This document shows, one piece after another, positions 25,070 to 33,531 of a stretch of DNA of 64,000 bases. The stretch spans positions 41,444-105,443 of the IMG/VR virus record IMGVR_UViG_3300032397_000005; one strand, written 5' to 3'. Positions within the stretch are counted from its first letter, which is position 1, and each line of letters starts with the position of its first letter. This DNA is from a virus. Under the pieces are notes generated by a model. That model worked only from the letters and a program-made list of their open reading frames with translations. It was not told where the DNA came from and ran no database searches. A program made the position numbers and the translations under genes.

Positions 25070-27154
25070 ATGAGCGAGCGTCAAGCGGCGGAGGTCCAGA
25101 TCCAGCGCGACTTCGCGGACAACCCTACCGTCGCGGAGATCAAGAAGCGCAACGTGAACGTGTTGCGGGCCACCGTCCTTGGCTTGGCGCGGATCCGGGA
25201 GGAGAAGCTTTCCCGGCAGAGGGAGGCGGATAGACCCGCGTCCGGGACCGGGACCTCCGCTGGGGAGAGCAAGGCGCTACTGAACGACCCCATCTCGGTC
25301 CTCATGCAGAGCGGTCAGGTGGTTGCTCCACCGTTCGACCTCCTCACCCTGGCGGTGATGCCGGAGAACAGTACGGAACTCGGCCCTTGCATCGACGCGA
25401 TGGCCGTGAACGTGGAGGGGTTTGGCTGGCGGCTCGAGTCCCGCGTTCCGGTCAACGAGCGGACGCCGGTGGAGGTTCTCCAGATTCTGGAGGAGGAGCA
25501 GGTCATAGCGGAGAACTTCTTCAGCAACTGCTGCCCGGACGGGGAGTCCCTCGAGGACCTCCGGGATAAGCTTCGGCGGGACCTGGAGGCCACCGGGAAC
25601 TGCTACGTGGAGTTCGTGGAGGTTCCGGGGACGGGACGCCTGGACGGGTTGAATCACCTCCCCTCGTGGACGATGCGTATTGGGCGCGTGGAGCAGGAGT
25701 CCACGGAGTACGTGGACCTGGGCGTGGAGAAGATGGTCCGCTTCGTGGAGCTCCCTCCGGAGCCGAAGGAGTCGACGGAAGTACCTGAACTCGCTGACGA
25801 GGAATTCTCTGCGGATGAGGATGGGATCTCCGGACCTCCGCTGAGGCACGTTCAGGAGGCGGAGGGGGAGCCGATCCGAATCCAGAAGCAGTCGACCTTC
25901 GAGACGCAGGTCACCTACGAGCTGCGGGAGCAGGTGCGCTTCAAGCGGTTTCGTCGGTACGTCCAGCTGCGGGAACGTCAGGTCATCTGGTTCAAGGAAC
26001 TGGGGGATCCGCGCCTCATATCCAACCGAGACGGGCACGTGGTGACGCGTGAGGAGCTCCTGAGGGAGGAGAACGGCGGGGAGCAGCTTCAGCGGTTCAC
26101 GCTCCTCGGGGACCGCGTGACGGTTGCGCTCGGGATTCGGGGTTTTCCGGTCCGGGACGCGGCCAACCCGGTTCGTCATAAGCGACTCTACTCCACGCGC
26201 TCGCCCTACGGGCTCCCGCGGTACACCGGGCACCTGTTCTCCATCTTCGGTTCCCGGGCGGCGGAGGAGATCAACTTCACGACGTTCAAGAACAACAACG
26301 TTCCCTCTATGGTCATCACGGTGTCCAACGGGAAGATGGACGACGAGTCCGTCGAGCGGATCGAGGAGTTCGTGGAGGCCACGATTGCGGGGGATGACAA
26401 TTACAGCAAGTTCCTACTCTTGGAGGCGGAGCCGGTTCTGGAGGGGATGCGGGACCCGGGGTCGATGCGCATCGACGTCAAGCCGCTTACGTCTGAGCAG
26501 CACACGGACGCGATGTTCGTCAACTACCAGAACTCGAACGATGAGCGCGTTCGGCGGGCCTGGCGATTCCCACCCATCTTCGTCGGGAAGTCGGATGACT
26601 TCACGGGCAAGACGATCGAGGCCAGCCGGAAGCTCGCGGACGAGCAGGTCTTCGGGCCGGAGCGGGGGAAGGTGGACCGCTTCTTGACCCGGGACGTCCT
26701 GCTCCGAATCGGGGTGGTCTGGAGCGTGTTCCGGTCCAACTCCCCGAACGTGACGGAGAACGCGGACCTGGTCAAGCTCCTGGCTCAGGGCGAGAAGACG
26801 GGCGGGCTCACACCGCGCATTGCGCGGAGACTCATCGGGCGGATCGTGAACGAGGATCTGGGGGAGATTGACACGGATCTCCTCCCTCCGGATCAGCCGT
26901 TCTCCCTGACGTTGGCGGCCATCATGAAGACAAACTCGGCCACCGAGGCTCCCGGGGGCGGGGAACCGACGAGTCAGGGGCGGGCGGGGTTACAGGTTGC
27001 CGGTCCACCGAAGGAGTCCATCGCGGAGAGTGCGGACGACGGTGAGGTGTTCTCGTCCCTGGCGGGGATGATCCGCGCGGAGGCGGCCATGCGCTTTGGG
27101 GGGTTTGTCCCGCCCGCGCTGAAGGACGAGCCGGAGGAAGTGGAGCCGGACTGA
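25070..27154 (+). CDS. portal protein (PBSX-like)
   Basis: PPFDLLTLA, DLEATGNCYVE, YGLPRY, FKNNNVPSMVITVSNG, VRRAWRFPPIFVG; position after terL. Confidence 0.9.
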   Translation: MSERQAAEVQIQRDFADNPTVAEIKKRNVNVLRATVLGLARIREEKLSRQREADRPASGTGTSAGESKALLNDPISVLMQSGQVVAPPFDLLTLAVMPENSTELGPCIDAMAVNVEGFGWRLESRVPVNERTPVEVLQILEEEQVIAENFFSNCCPDGESLEDLRDKLRRDLEATGNCYVEFVEVPGTGRLDGLNHLPSWTMRIGRVEQESTEYVDLGVEKMVRFVELPPEPKESTEVPELADEEFSADEDGISGPPLRHVQEAEGEPIRIQKQSTFETQVTYELREQVRFKRFRRYVQLRERQVIWFKELGDPRLISNRDGHVVTREELLREENGGEQLQRFTLLGDRVTVALGIRGFPVRDAANPVRHKRLYSTRSPYGLPRYTGHLFSIFGSRAAEEINFTTFKNNNVPSMVITVSNGKMDDESVERIEEFVEATIAGDDNYSKFLLLEAEPVLEGMRDPGSMRIDVKPLTSEQHTDAMFVNYQNSNDERVRRAWRFPPIFVGKSDDFTGKTIEASRKLADEQVFGPERGKVDRFLTRDVLLRIGVVWSVFRSNSPNVTENADLVKLLAQGEKTGGLTPRIARRLIGRIVNEDLGEIDTDLLPPDQPFSLTLAAIMKTNSATEAPGGGEPTSQGRAGLQVAGPPKESIAESADDGEVFSSLAGMIRAEAAMRFGGFVPPALKDEPEEVEPD

Positions 27155-27155
27155 C

Positions 27156-29333
27156 TTGGACCTCGACAGCAAGACAGCCACCGGAATCACGCCGGAGTTC
27201 CTGGCGGAGCTCTCCCACGGGGAGTTGATCTTCCTGGCGGACGTCGTGTCTGAGCGGACGCTGGAGCCGGTCCTCCGGGAGGACGAGCGGGATCGCGCCC
27301 TGGAGACGGAGCTGGCGGAGGGGTTGGACGCGGACTGGACGGCGGACTACGAGCCGGCGTCGGAGGCGGCGCTTGCGGACCTCCCGGAGGCGGACGTGTC
27401 CGTTGAGGAGGTGGACGCGGCGCTCGGGAGGATTGGGGCCAGTCTAGACAAGCGGGACACGTCCGGAGCGCGGAAGTTGTTGCTTGGGGCGTTGACCGCG
27501 GTGGCCCTCCTGGCGCGCGGGCGGACCCGGGACCGGGTCCGCGTAAAGGACCCCAAGGCGGCGGCGCAGGTCTCCACTTCCCTCTCCCAGGCGGACAAGG
27601 GGGCGATTGAGGCAACTACCAAGGCGCAGCTCTGGTGGATCGGGGACCTCTGGGGGCAGCACCTCTCCCGGGTGATCCTGGAGACGGTTCGCCGGGAGGC
27701 GTTGGTCCGCGGGCTGGGGCGCGCGGACGTGGGGAAGGTCATGGACGGCGTCATCAACGCAAAGGTCCCGGCGGCCTTTGTTCCGGATACCTGGAGGGGG
27801 AGCAAGGAGGGGTACTTCCGGATGCTCTCCGGGACGGTCAGGTGCCGTGAGAGTACGTCCAGCGCCCTGTACTCCCTCCGGGAAGCGGGGTTCTCCCGGT
27901 ACAGGTTCGAGGCGGTCATGGATGAACGCACCTCGGACGTCTGCTTTCGCGCGGGGACGCGGGTGTTCTGCGCGGACGGGGAGCGGGACATCTCGGAGGT
28001 CCGGGTTGGAGACACCGTTATTTCCGGGCTTGGAGCGCGGAGGAGGGTGCTCAGGACCTGGTTGAATGAAGCGGAGGACTGGAGGGTCATAACGCTGACG
28101 TCCGGTCGTACGGTTACGGTAACCTCCAATCATCGGTTCCTCACGGTCCGCGGGTGGCGCCGCGCGGGGGACCTGGAGATTGGAGAGGACCTTGCCGCGC
28201 AGGAAGCACGTCCTGAAGAAACTTGCCGGGGTCTGCGAGCACTGCGGGAAGACGTTCCCCTACACCCCGTCGAAGACCAAGCCGGTCCGGAAGTTCTGCG
28301 GGCTTGCATGCTACCACGCCCGCAAGGGCGCGGAGAAGCGGGTCGAGCGAAAGTGCCTTCAGTGCGGGGAGACCTTCCACCCGTACCGGACTCACGCGGA
28401 GCAAGGGCGGGGACTGACCTGCAGCACCGTATGCCGCCGGAGGTTCTTCCGTCGGGGGCTCCCGCCGGAGGCGCTCGACCGGATCTGCGAGACGTGCGGG
28501 AAGACGTTCAGGGTCCGGCCGCTGGAGCACCTTACCGGGAAGGCGCGTCGACACTGCTCCAACGAGTGCCGGAAGCGGCGCGGATTGATCGTCTGCGAGA
28601 CCTGCGGGGTAGAGTTCGAGGCAAAGCTGACGAGCGGAGGGATTCCAAGGCGCTTCTGCTCCCGTCACTGCTACCACTCCCGGAGGACCGCAACGCGGCC
28701 GGAGGTGTTCGTTCGAGCGGTCCTCGAGGAGGCGGGTCTGGAGTTCCGCGCGGAGGAGCCGCTGGGGAGTCTTTTCCTAGACTTCTTTGTTCCGGCGCTC
28801 TCCTTGGGGATCGAGGTGGACGGGACGTACTGGCACTCTCGGGAGAACTCACGGGAGCGGGATTATGCCAAGGAGGAGGCGGTGCGGCGGGTCGGGATTC
28901 GACTCCTGCGGATCTCGGAGGAGAACACCCAGGCGCCGGACGCGGAGAAGCGGGTCCTGCGGAGTATCTTGCGCGCGCTGTTGGAACCGTCCGCGTTGTC
29001 TCAAATGCTCCGCTCCGCGTCGTAGACTTCTCCTACAACCTCTCAGTGGACGGTGACCCGACCTATGTAGTCGAGGGGGTGATTGTCCATAACTGCCGGG
29101 AACTTCACGACCGCGTGTTCGTCGTTAACGACGGCATCGACCTGATGGAGCGGGTGAACGTGGCGGACAACCCGGACGCGGTGAAGGACCTGGCCGGGTG
29201 GCGAACCGCGGACGACGTTCGCGGGATCATCGGGAAGCAAGATGCGGAGGGGGCCAGGAAGTCCCTGACGGAGTCCGGGATCATCTGGCCTCCACTCCAC
29301 GCCAACTGCCGGAGCGTCATCACGCCGGACTGA
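27156..29333 (+). CDS. MuF / SPP1 gp7-like head morphogenesis protein containing an intein
   Basis: YRFEAVMDERTSDV|CRELHDRVF after splicing; C-terminal PPLHANCRSVI. Confidence 0.92.
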   Translation: MDLDSKTATGITPEFLAELSHGELIFLADVVSERTLEPVLREDERDRALETELAEGLDADWTADYEPASEAALADLPEADVSVEEVDAALGRIGASLDKRDTSGARKLLLGALTAVALLARGRTRDRVRVKDPKAAAQVSTSLSQADKGAIEATTKAQLWWIGDLWGQHLSRVILETVRREALVRGLGRADVGKVMDGVINAKVPAAFVPDTWRGSKEGYFRMLSGTVRCRESTSSALYSLREAGFSRYRFEAVMDERTSDVCFRAGTRVFCADGERDISEVRVGDTVISGLGARRRVLRTWLNEAEDWRVITLTSGRTVTVTSNHRFLTVRGWRRAGDLEIGEDLAAQEARPEETCRGLRALREDVPLHPVEDQAGPEVLRACMLPRPQGRGEAGRAKVPSVRGDLPPVPDSRGARAGTDLQHRMPPEVLPSGAPAGGARPDLRDVREDVQGPAAGAPYREGASTLLQRVPEAARIDRLRDLRGRVRGKADERRDSKALLLPSLLPLPEDRNAAGGVRSSGPRGGGSGVPRGGAAGESFPRLLCSGALLGDRGGRDVLALSGELTGAGLCQGGGGAAGRDSTPADLGGEHPGAGRGEAGPAEYLARAVGTVRVVSNAPLRVVDFSYNLSVDGDPTYVVEGVIVHNCRELHDRVFVVNDGIDLMERVNVADNPDAVKDLAGWRTADDVRGIIGKQDAEGARKSLTESGIIWPPLHANCRSVITPD
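27942..29093 (+). mobile_element. intein (384 aa) in MuF
   Basis: Block A CFRAGTRV, block B VTSNHRFLT, block F YNLSVDGDPTYVV, block G IVHN followed by extein Cys+1. Confidence 0.93.
28192..29025 (+). CDS. putative homing endonuclease: 4 zinc-finger repeats + Vsr/DUF559-type nuclease, nested in the +1 frame of the intein
   Basis: 4x CxxCGxxF...CxxxC repeats, then TRPE...LDFFVP...IEVDGTYWH...ERD...IRLLRI; TTG start (28192 after GGAGAGG, or 28180); TAG 29023. Confidence 0.9.
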   Translation: MPRRKHVLKKLAGVCEHCGKTFPYTPSKTKPVRKFCGLACYHARKGAEKRVERKCLQCGETFHPYRTHAEQGRGLTCSTVCRRRFFRRGLPPEALDRICETCGKTFRVRPLEHLTGKARRHCSNECRKRRGLIVCETCGVEFEAKLTSGGIPRRFCSRHCYHSRRTATRPEVFVRAVLEEAGLEFRAEEPLGSLFLDFFVPALSLGIEVDGTYWHSRENSRERDYAKEEAVRRVGIRLLRISEENTQAPDAEKRVLRSILRALLEPSALSQMLRSAS

Positions 29334-29343
29334 GGAGGAGTAC

Positions 29344-30990
29344 GTGAACAAGCAGGTGACGGTACAGACCCTGATCTTGGCCAAGGAGACCTTCCCAACG
29401 GCGGCGGATGCCACAAAGTGGGTCACGGATCACGACTTTAAGGTCAAAGACGGTGCTCCGGACGAGACGGAGAGCTCCTGGCGCTACCGTCAGCGGGAGC
29501 CGGGTGAGTTCCAGGAGGGGACCTTTCGGACCATAGACATGACGGATGGCGTCCAGGCCGTGGTCGGACGCCTCAAGGAGGAGAAGATGAGAAGGAACGA
29601 GGAGTCGGTGGCGCGCGGGAACGCCCTCCTGCTTCCGCTGAACCTGTCCGTCGACAACGTCCACGACCTTGAGTTCGCGGTGGATAAGTTCCGGCAGGCA
29701 TCTGCGGCCAGGGCCTGGGCGGAGAATCACGGGATGGTTCCGCGGGAGGTCAAGGTCCGGGCGGACGCGATCTTCGCGGAGATCCTCCCGGCGGATGCAT
29801 TTGTCTTTGCGACGCTTCGCCGGGAGAAGGTCACCAGGGACGTCTTTGCGGTGGTCGGGGATCGCGTTGCTGAGATCAATGCTCTCCACGTGGTTCCGGA
29901 CGCCGACGCTTCGATGGAGGAGAAGCGGGATGTCCAGGAGGTGGATGATCCCTCCCCGGTGAGGAAGCGAGCGGAGCTCCACGTCCTGAAGGCTAAGGAT
30001 GCGGCGGATCCAATGGCGGAGGTCCGGATGTTTGGGATCGTCATGAAGCCAGACGTCCCGGACATCGAGGGGGACGTTACGTCTGTAGAGGAGATCATAC
30101 AGGCGAACGACCTGTTCATGCGGGAGTTTGGGACCGTTGGCTTCATGCATAAGAAGGACGTGACCGAGAAGGTCTCCATCATCCAGAACGTGATTGCTCC
30201 GATCGACTTCGACTTCCCGATCGACGACGGGGGGAGCAAGTCGATTGGGAAGGGAACGTGGTATCAGGAGCTCTACACGGCAGATGCGGAGCTGGTCAAG
30301 CGTATCCGGGAGAGGAAGTTAAACGGGCTCTCCATCGGGGGCTTTGCGCGGCGGGTGTCGGTGGACGGGGAGGGGGAGGTTCAGGAGGCGGTGGGGAAGC
30401 GGTCTCCGGAGCACCTGGGGAAGGCAGAGGGGGACACCCCAAAATCACGATTTGTCAACCTTCGCGTCGAGGAGGTGTCCATCGTGGACGCAGCCGCCAA
30501 CGAGGAGGAGTTCTTCATCATCAAACGGAGGAAAGACATGAGTACGAATCAGGAAACGCAGATGGCGGTGGCGCTGGTGGAACAGGTGGGGGCGGTCATC
30601 CTACCGGTGACGCCCACGTCACCGGTTGTTCCGGTGGCGGCGGCCGCACCCGCGGCGGTCACTCCGCCGACTCCGGCGGTCACTCCGCCGACTCCGGCGG
30701 TCACTCCGCCGACTCCAGCTGTTCCGGTGTCGGAGCCGGTGGACGTGGCAAAGGCGGTCCAGTCGGCCGTGAGCTCGGCCGTGGAGAAGGGTATCGCCCC
30801 GATCGTGGAGCGGCTCGACGCCGTCGAGAAGCGGCTCAGTGAGCAGGCAACGATCCGGGCGGCGGCCAAGGGGGAGTCCGTTCCGGAGACCACGGCGCGT
30901 CCGGCGGAAGCACCGGCGCAGAAGTCGAAGTGGGCGGGGACGGCGGTTCACAACGTCGTATCTCGCGCGCAGCAGAGGAAACCCGCCTAG
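29344..30990 (+). CDS. XkdF-like prohead serine protease fused to a scaffold-like tail
   Basis: FGIVMKPDVPDIEGD, GFMH, KGTW, LNGLSIGG, EVSIVD..AN; Pro/Ala/Thr linker and coiled C-terminus; upstream of the capsid gene. Confidence 0.88.
   Translation: MNKQVTVQTLILAKETFPTAADATKWVTDHDFKVKDGAPDETESSWRYRQREPGEFQEGTFRTIDMTDGVQAVVGRLKEEKMRRNEESVARGNALLLPLNLSVDNVHDLEFAVDKFRQASAARAWAENHGMVPREVKVRADAIFAEILPADAFVFATLRREKVTRDVFAVVGDRVAEINALHVVPDADASMEEKRDVQEVDDPSPVRKRAELHVLKAKDAADPMAEVRMFGIVMKPDVPDIEGDVTSVEEIIQANDLFMREFGTVGFMHKKDVTEKVSIIQNVIAPIDFDFPIDDGGSKSIGKGTWYQELYTADAELVKRIRERKLNGLSIGGFARRVSVDGEGEVQEAVGKRSPEHLGKAEGDTPKSRFVNLRVEEVSIVDAAANEEEFFIIKRRKDMSTNQETQMAVALVEQVGAVILPVTPTSPVVPVAAAAPAAVTPPTPAVTPPTPAVTPPTPAVPVSEPVDVAKAVQSAVSSAVEKGIAPIVERLDAVEKRLSEQATIRAAAKGESVPETTARPAEAPAQKSKWAGTAVHNVVSRAQQRKPA
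30655..30716 (+). repeat. 3 x 21-bp in-frame repeat (AVTPPTP)
   Basis: GCGGTCACTCCGCCGACTCCG x3. Confidence 0.9.
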
Positions 30991-31053
30991 CGACCGGCGA
31001 GGTCCGCGGGCACCAACCGTCCGGCAACGCCGGCATATTTAGGAGAAGAGGAA

Positions 31054-32247
31054 ATGACGAATGAGGAGCTGGTTCAGAAGGCGATCATCACGACCGCTGA
31101 CATCGCTTCCGCGGGGAAGCTCAACGACCTGCAGGCGGACGTCTTCATCGACTTCGTGATCGACGTCACGGAGCTCAAGGGATCCGTCCGCGTTGTGCGG
31201 TTCCGAAACGAGTCGATGGCCATCGACAAGATTGGCGTTGGTCAGCGGGTATCCGTCCCGAAGGAGGAGGCCAAGGACCCGGGGCTGCGCCGGGGAGTCA
31301 CCACCTCGAAGATCAACTTGACCCCGAAGGAGATCATGACCCCCTTCGAGATCTCGGACAACTTCGCGGAGCTCAACATCGAGGGGGAGGCGGTTGAGGA
31401 CACCGTCGTTCGCCTGATGGCAACGCAGACCGCAAACGACATCGAGGAGGTGATGGTCAATGGGGACGTCCTTGGTCCGGCGCGGATCGAGGCGGATCTC
31501 CTGAACGGCGGATCCACCACTCAGGTCATCAAGGATACCTTCGTGGCCCTGTTTGACGGGTGGCTCCGTCTCCTGGACGCCGGGAACATCTACGACGGGC
31601 TCGGCGCCAACATCTCGAGCAAGATCTTCTCCTCGATGATCAAGAAGATGCCGGTGAAGTTCCGGCGGACGCGGCGCAACCTGCGCTTCCTCATGTCACT
31701 CGACATGGAGCAGAACTGGCGGGAGAAGATCGCCTCCCGCGCCACCGCCGGCGGAGACGCGGCAATCACCTCTGCCAGCGCGATCCCGGTCTTCGGGGTC
31801 CCGATGGTTCCGGTGCCCCTCCTTGAGCCGGACCCGCGCGTGGTCCAGCACCTGGTCTTCGGGGCGGCTCCGGTCACGGTTGCCCTTCGCTACAACCACA
31901 TCGGGACGGAGATGAGCATCGTCCTCTCGACGCTCGGCGCCTCCCCAACCACCCCCTACATCGAGAACACGGACTATACCGTGGACCGGACGCTCGGCAC
32001 GGTGACCAACGTGGCGGGGCAGGCGATGGCCGCCGGTGGGACCTACAAGGTCACCTACCGGAGCGGCTCTCAGATCATCCTCTGTGACTTTCAGAACCTG
32101 ATCCTGGGGATCGGGCGGGACATCCGGATCGAGTCGGATCGGGACATCTACAAGGGGACGAATCAGTTCGCCATCACGACCAAGATCGCCGTCCAGGTGG
32201 AGGAGGTGACCGCGACGGTCAAGGGCATCAACATCGGGCTCGACTAG
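31054..32247 (+). CDS. major capsid protein (HK97 fold, XkdG-like)
   Basis: AGKLNDLQADVFID, NIEGEAVEDTV, DIEEVMVNGD, FDGWL, NLILGIGRDIRIE; position. Confidence 0.9.
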   Translation: MTNEELVQKAIITTADIASAGKLNDLQADVFIDFVIDVTELKGSVRVVRFRNESMAIDKIGVGQRVSVPKEEAKDPGLRRGVTTSKINLTPKEIMTPFEISDNFAELNIEGEAVEDTVVRLMATQTANDIEEVMVNGDVLGPARIEADLLNGGSTTQVIKDTFVALFDGWLRLLDAGNIYDGLGANISSKIFSSMIKKMPVKFRRTRRNLRFLMSLDMEQNWREKIASRATAGGDAAITSASAIPVFGVPMVPVPLLEPDPRVVQHLVFGAAPVTVALRYNHIGTEMSIVLSTLGASPTTPYIENTDYTVDRTLGTVTNVAGQAMAAGGTYKVTYRSGSQIILCDFQNLILGIGRDIRIESDRDIYKGTNQFAITTKIAVQVEEVTATVKGINIGLD

Positions 32248-32323
32248 GCCGAGGGCGAGAACCGCGGACCGGGGATCCCGCGTTTTGACTTGACGCGGGT
32301 CACTTGCCCGCACGGAGGACCAG

Positions 32324-32650
32324 ATGACCAAGAACCACATCACTACGCGCCGGACGTCACCGCGGACCGATGCGGCGGAGGAGATGGCAAAGGTCACGTC
32401 CACCGAGTCTAAGGTGGTTGAGCCGAAGTTGAAGCGGATCGTTCCGGAACCGGAGGTGGTTCCGGAGGAGGCGCTGGCGGCGCCCCAGGTGGTCCGCCCA
32501 ATGACCGTGGAGCTCGTGGAGGGATCCTCCTATGAGCTCCGTGGTGTTCGGTTCTACGCCAAGAGACCGGTGGTTGTGGTCGACGAGCGACTCCTCTCCG
32601 AACTGAAGTTCAACTCACGGTTCAAGGTGACCGGCGTAGGAGGGGACTAG
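32324..32650 (+). CDS. hypothetical protein
   Basis: ORF after the capsid gene; start uncertain. Confidence 0.65.
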   Translation: MTKNHITTRRTSPRTDAAEEMAKVTSTESKVVEPKLKRIVPEPEVVPEEALAAPQVVRPMTVELVEGSSYELRGVRFYAKRPVVVVDERLLSELKFNSRFKVTGVGGD

Positions 32651-33103
32651 ATGAACAGAGCAATCGTTACGCTCCGCTCTGCTCCCTCGGTGTCAATCGA
32701 CATCCCGGCGCAGGAGGAAGACGCGAAGCAGATTCAGCGGAGCTGCTTCGGGGCCATCCGCCTGTTTCCCGGGGTACCGAAGGCAGTCACGAAGGACGAG
32801 CTGGATCACATCAAGGCGACGATGCCGGAGGTCTTCCTCCGGCTGACCATCCAACCGTACGTCGAGAGCAAGCGTGTGGACCTGCGGGGGGTGGCCGAGG
32901 CGGACGTCTCCAAGCTGGCCGCGGAGGAGGGGATCGAGCACCTGAGTCACGCTCGGCAGGTGGATCTCCTGAGGGAACGCGGGCAAATCGCGAGACCGGC
33001 GCATCGAGGCGTTCAGTCTCAGGACCACGACGTCACCGAACAACCGGTGGTAGTCAGGAAGCCGGTGGCCAAGCGCGTCAGGTCCGGGAACGGCAACAAG
33101 TAG
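32651..33103 (+). CDS. hypothetical protein
   Basis: RBS AGGAGG. Confidence 0.7.
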   Translation: MNRAIVTLRSAPSVSIDIPAQEEDAKQIQRSCFGAIRLFPGVPKAVTKDELDHIKATMPEVFLRLTIQPYVESKRVDLRGVAEADVSKLAAEEGIEHLSHARQVDLLRERGQIARPAHRGVQSQDHDVTEQPVVVRKPVAKRVRSGNGNK

Positions 33104-33112
33104 CTTCGGCAC

Positions 33113-33460
33113 TTGCTCTACGTCAGCCTGCGCAACGGGACAACAACGTCCTTTGACTTGGGAGATCCGGACGGGTTCCGGGCCTGGGAGATCCTTGCCT
33201 CCGACCCGTCCGGTCTGACCGGACTGGCGTTGTCCGCGGACGGGTACCGGGCGGATCTCCCGCTCCCGAGGAGGTTCCGGGAGCTCCGCTTCTCGGCGGA
33301 GGTCCTCCGGGGCGCGGACGGGGTGGCCACCGCGGAGAGGATCCTGGCCGTGGCGGACGGGGTGGTCCTCTCCCTCACAATGCGGCTAAACGGGCGGGTT
33401 GGTAGGTTTAGAGTTGATCTGGACAAGCGTGGGAAGGCACGCTGGGTTCCTCCCTCATAA
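33113..33460 (+). CDS. hypothetical protein
   Basis: 115-aa ORF. Confidence 0.55.
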   Translation: MLYVSLRNGTTTSFDLGDPDGFRAWEILASDPSGLTGLALSADGYRADLPLPRRFRELRFSAEVLRGADGVATAERILAVADGVVLSLTMRLNGRVGRFRVDLDKRGKARWVPPS

Positions 33461-33531
33461 TGGTAACCACCCACCCCGTCTCGGTCCTACCCTAGAATCA
33501 ATCGCTTGTTAAAATCTAAACGGAGAGTGAA

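Noticed and set aside
28141-28852. Additional minus-strand and third-frame ORFs inside the intein
   Set aside because: No motifs; only the +1 frame ORF has a recognisable domain architecture.
32260-32290. Terminator after the capsid gene
   Set aside because: Stem is imperfect and the T-tract is short; plausible but not well supported.
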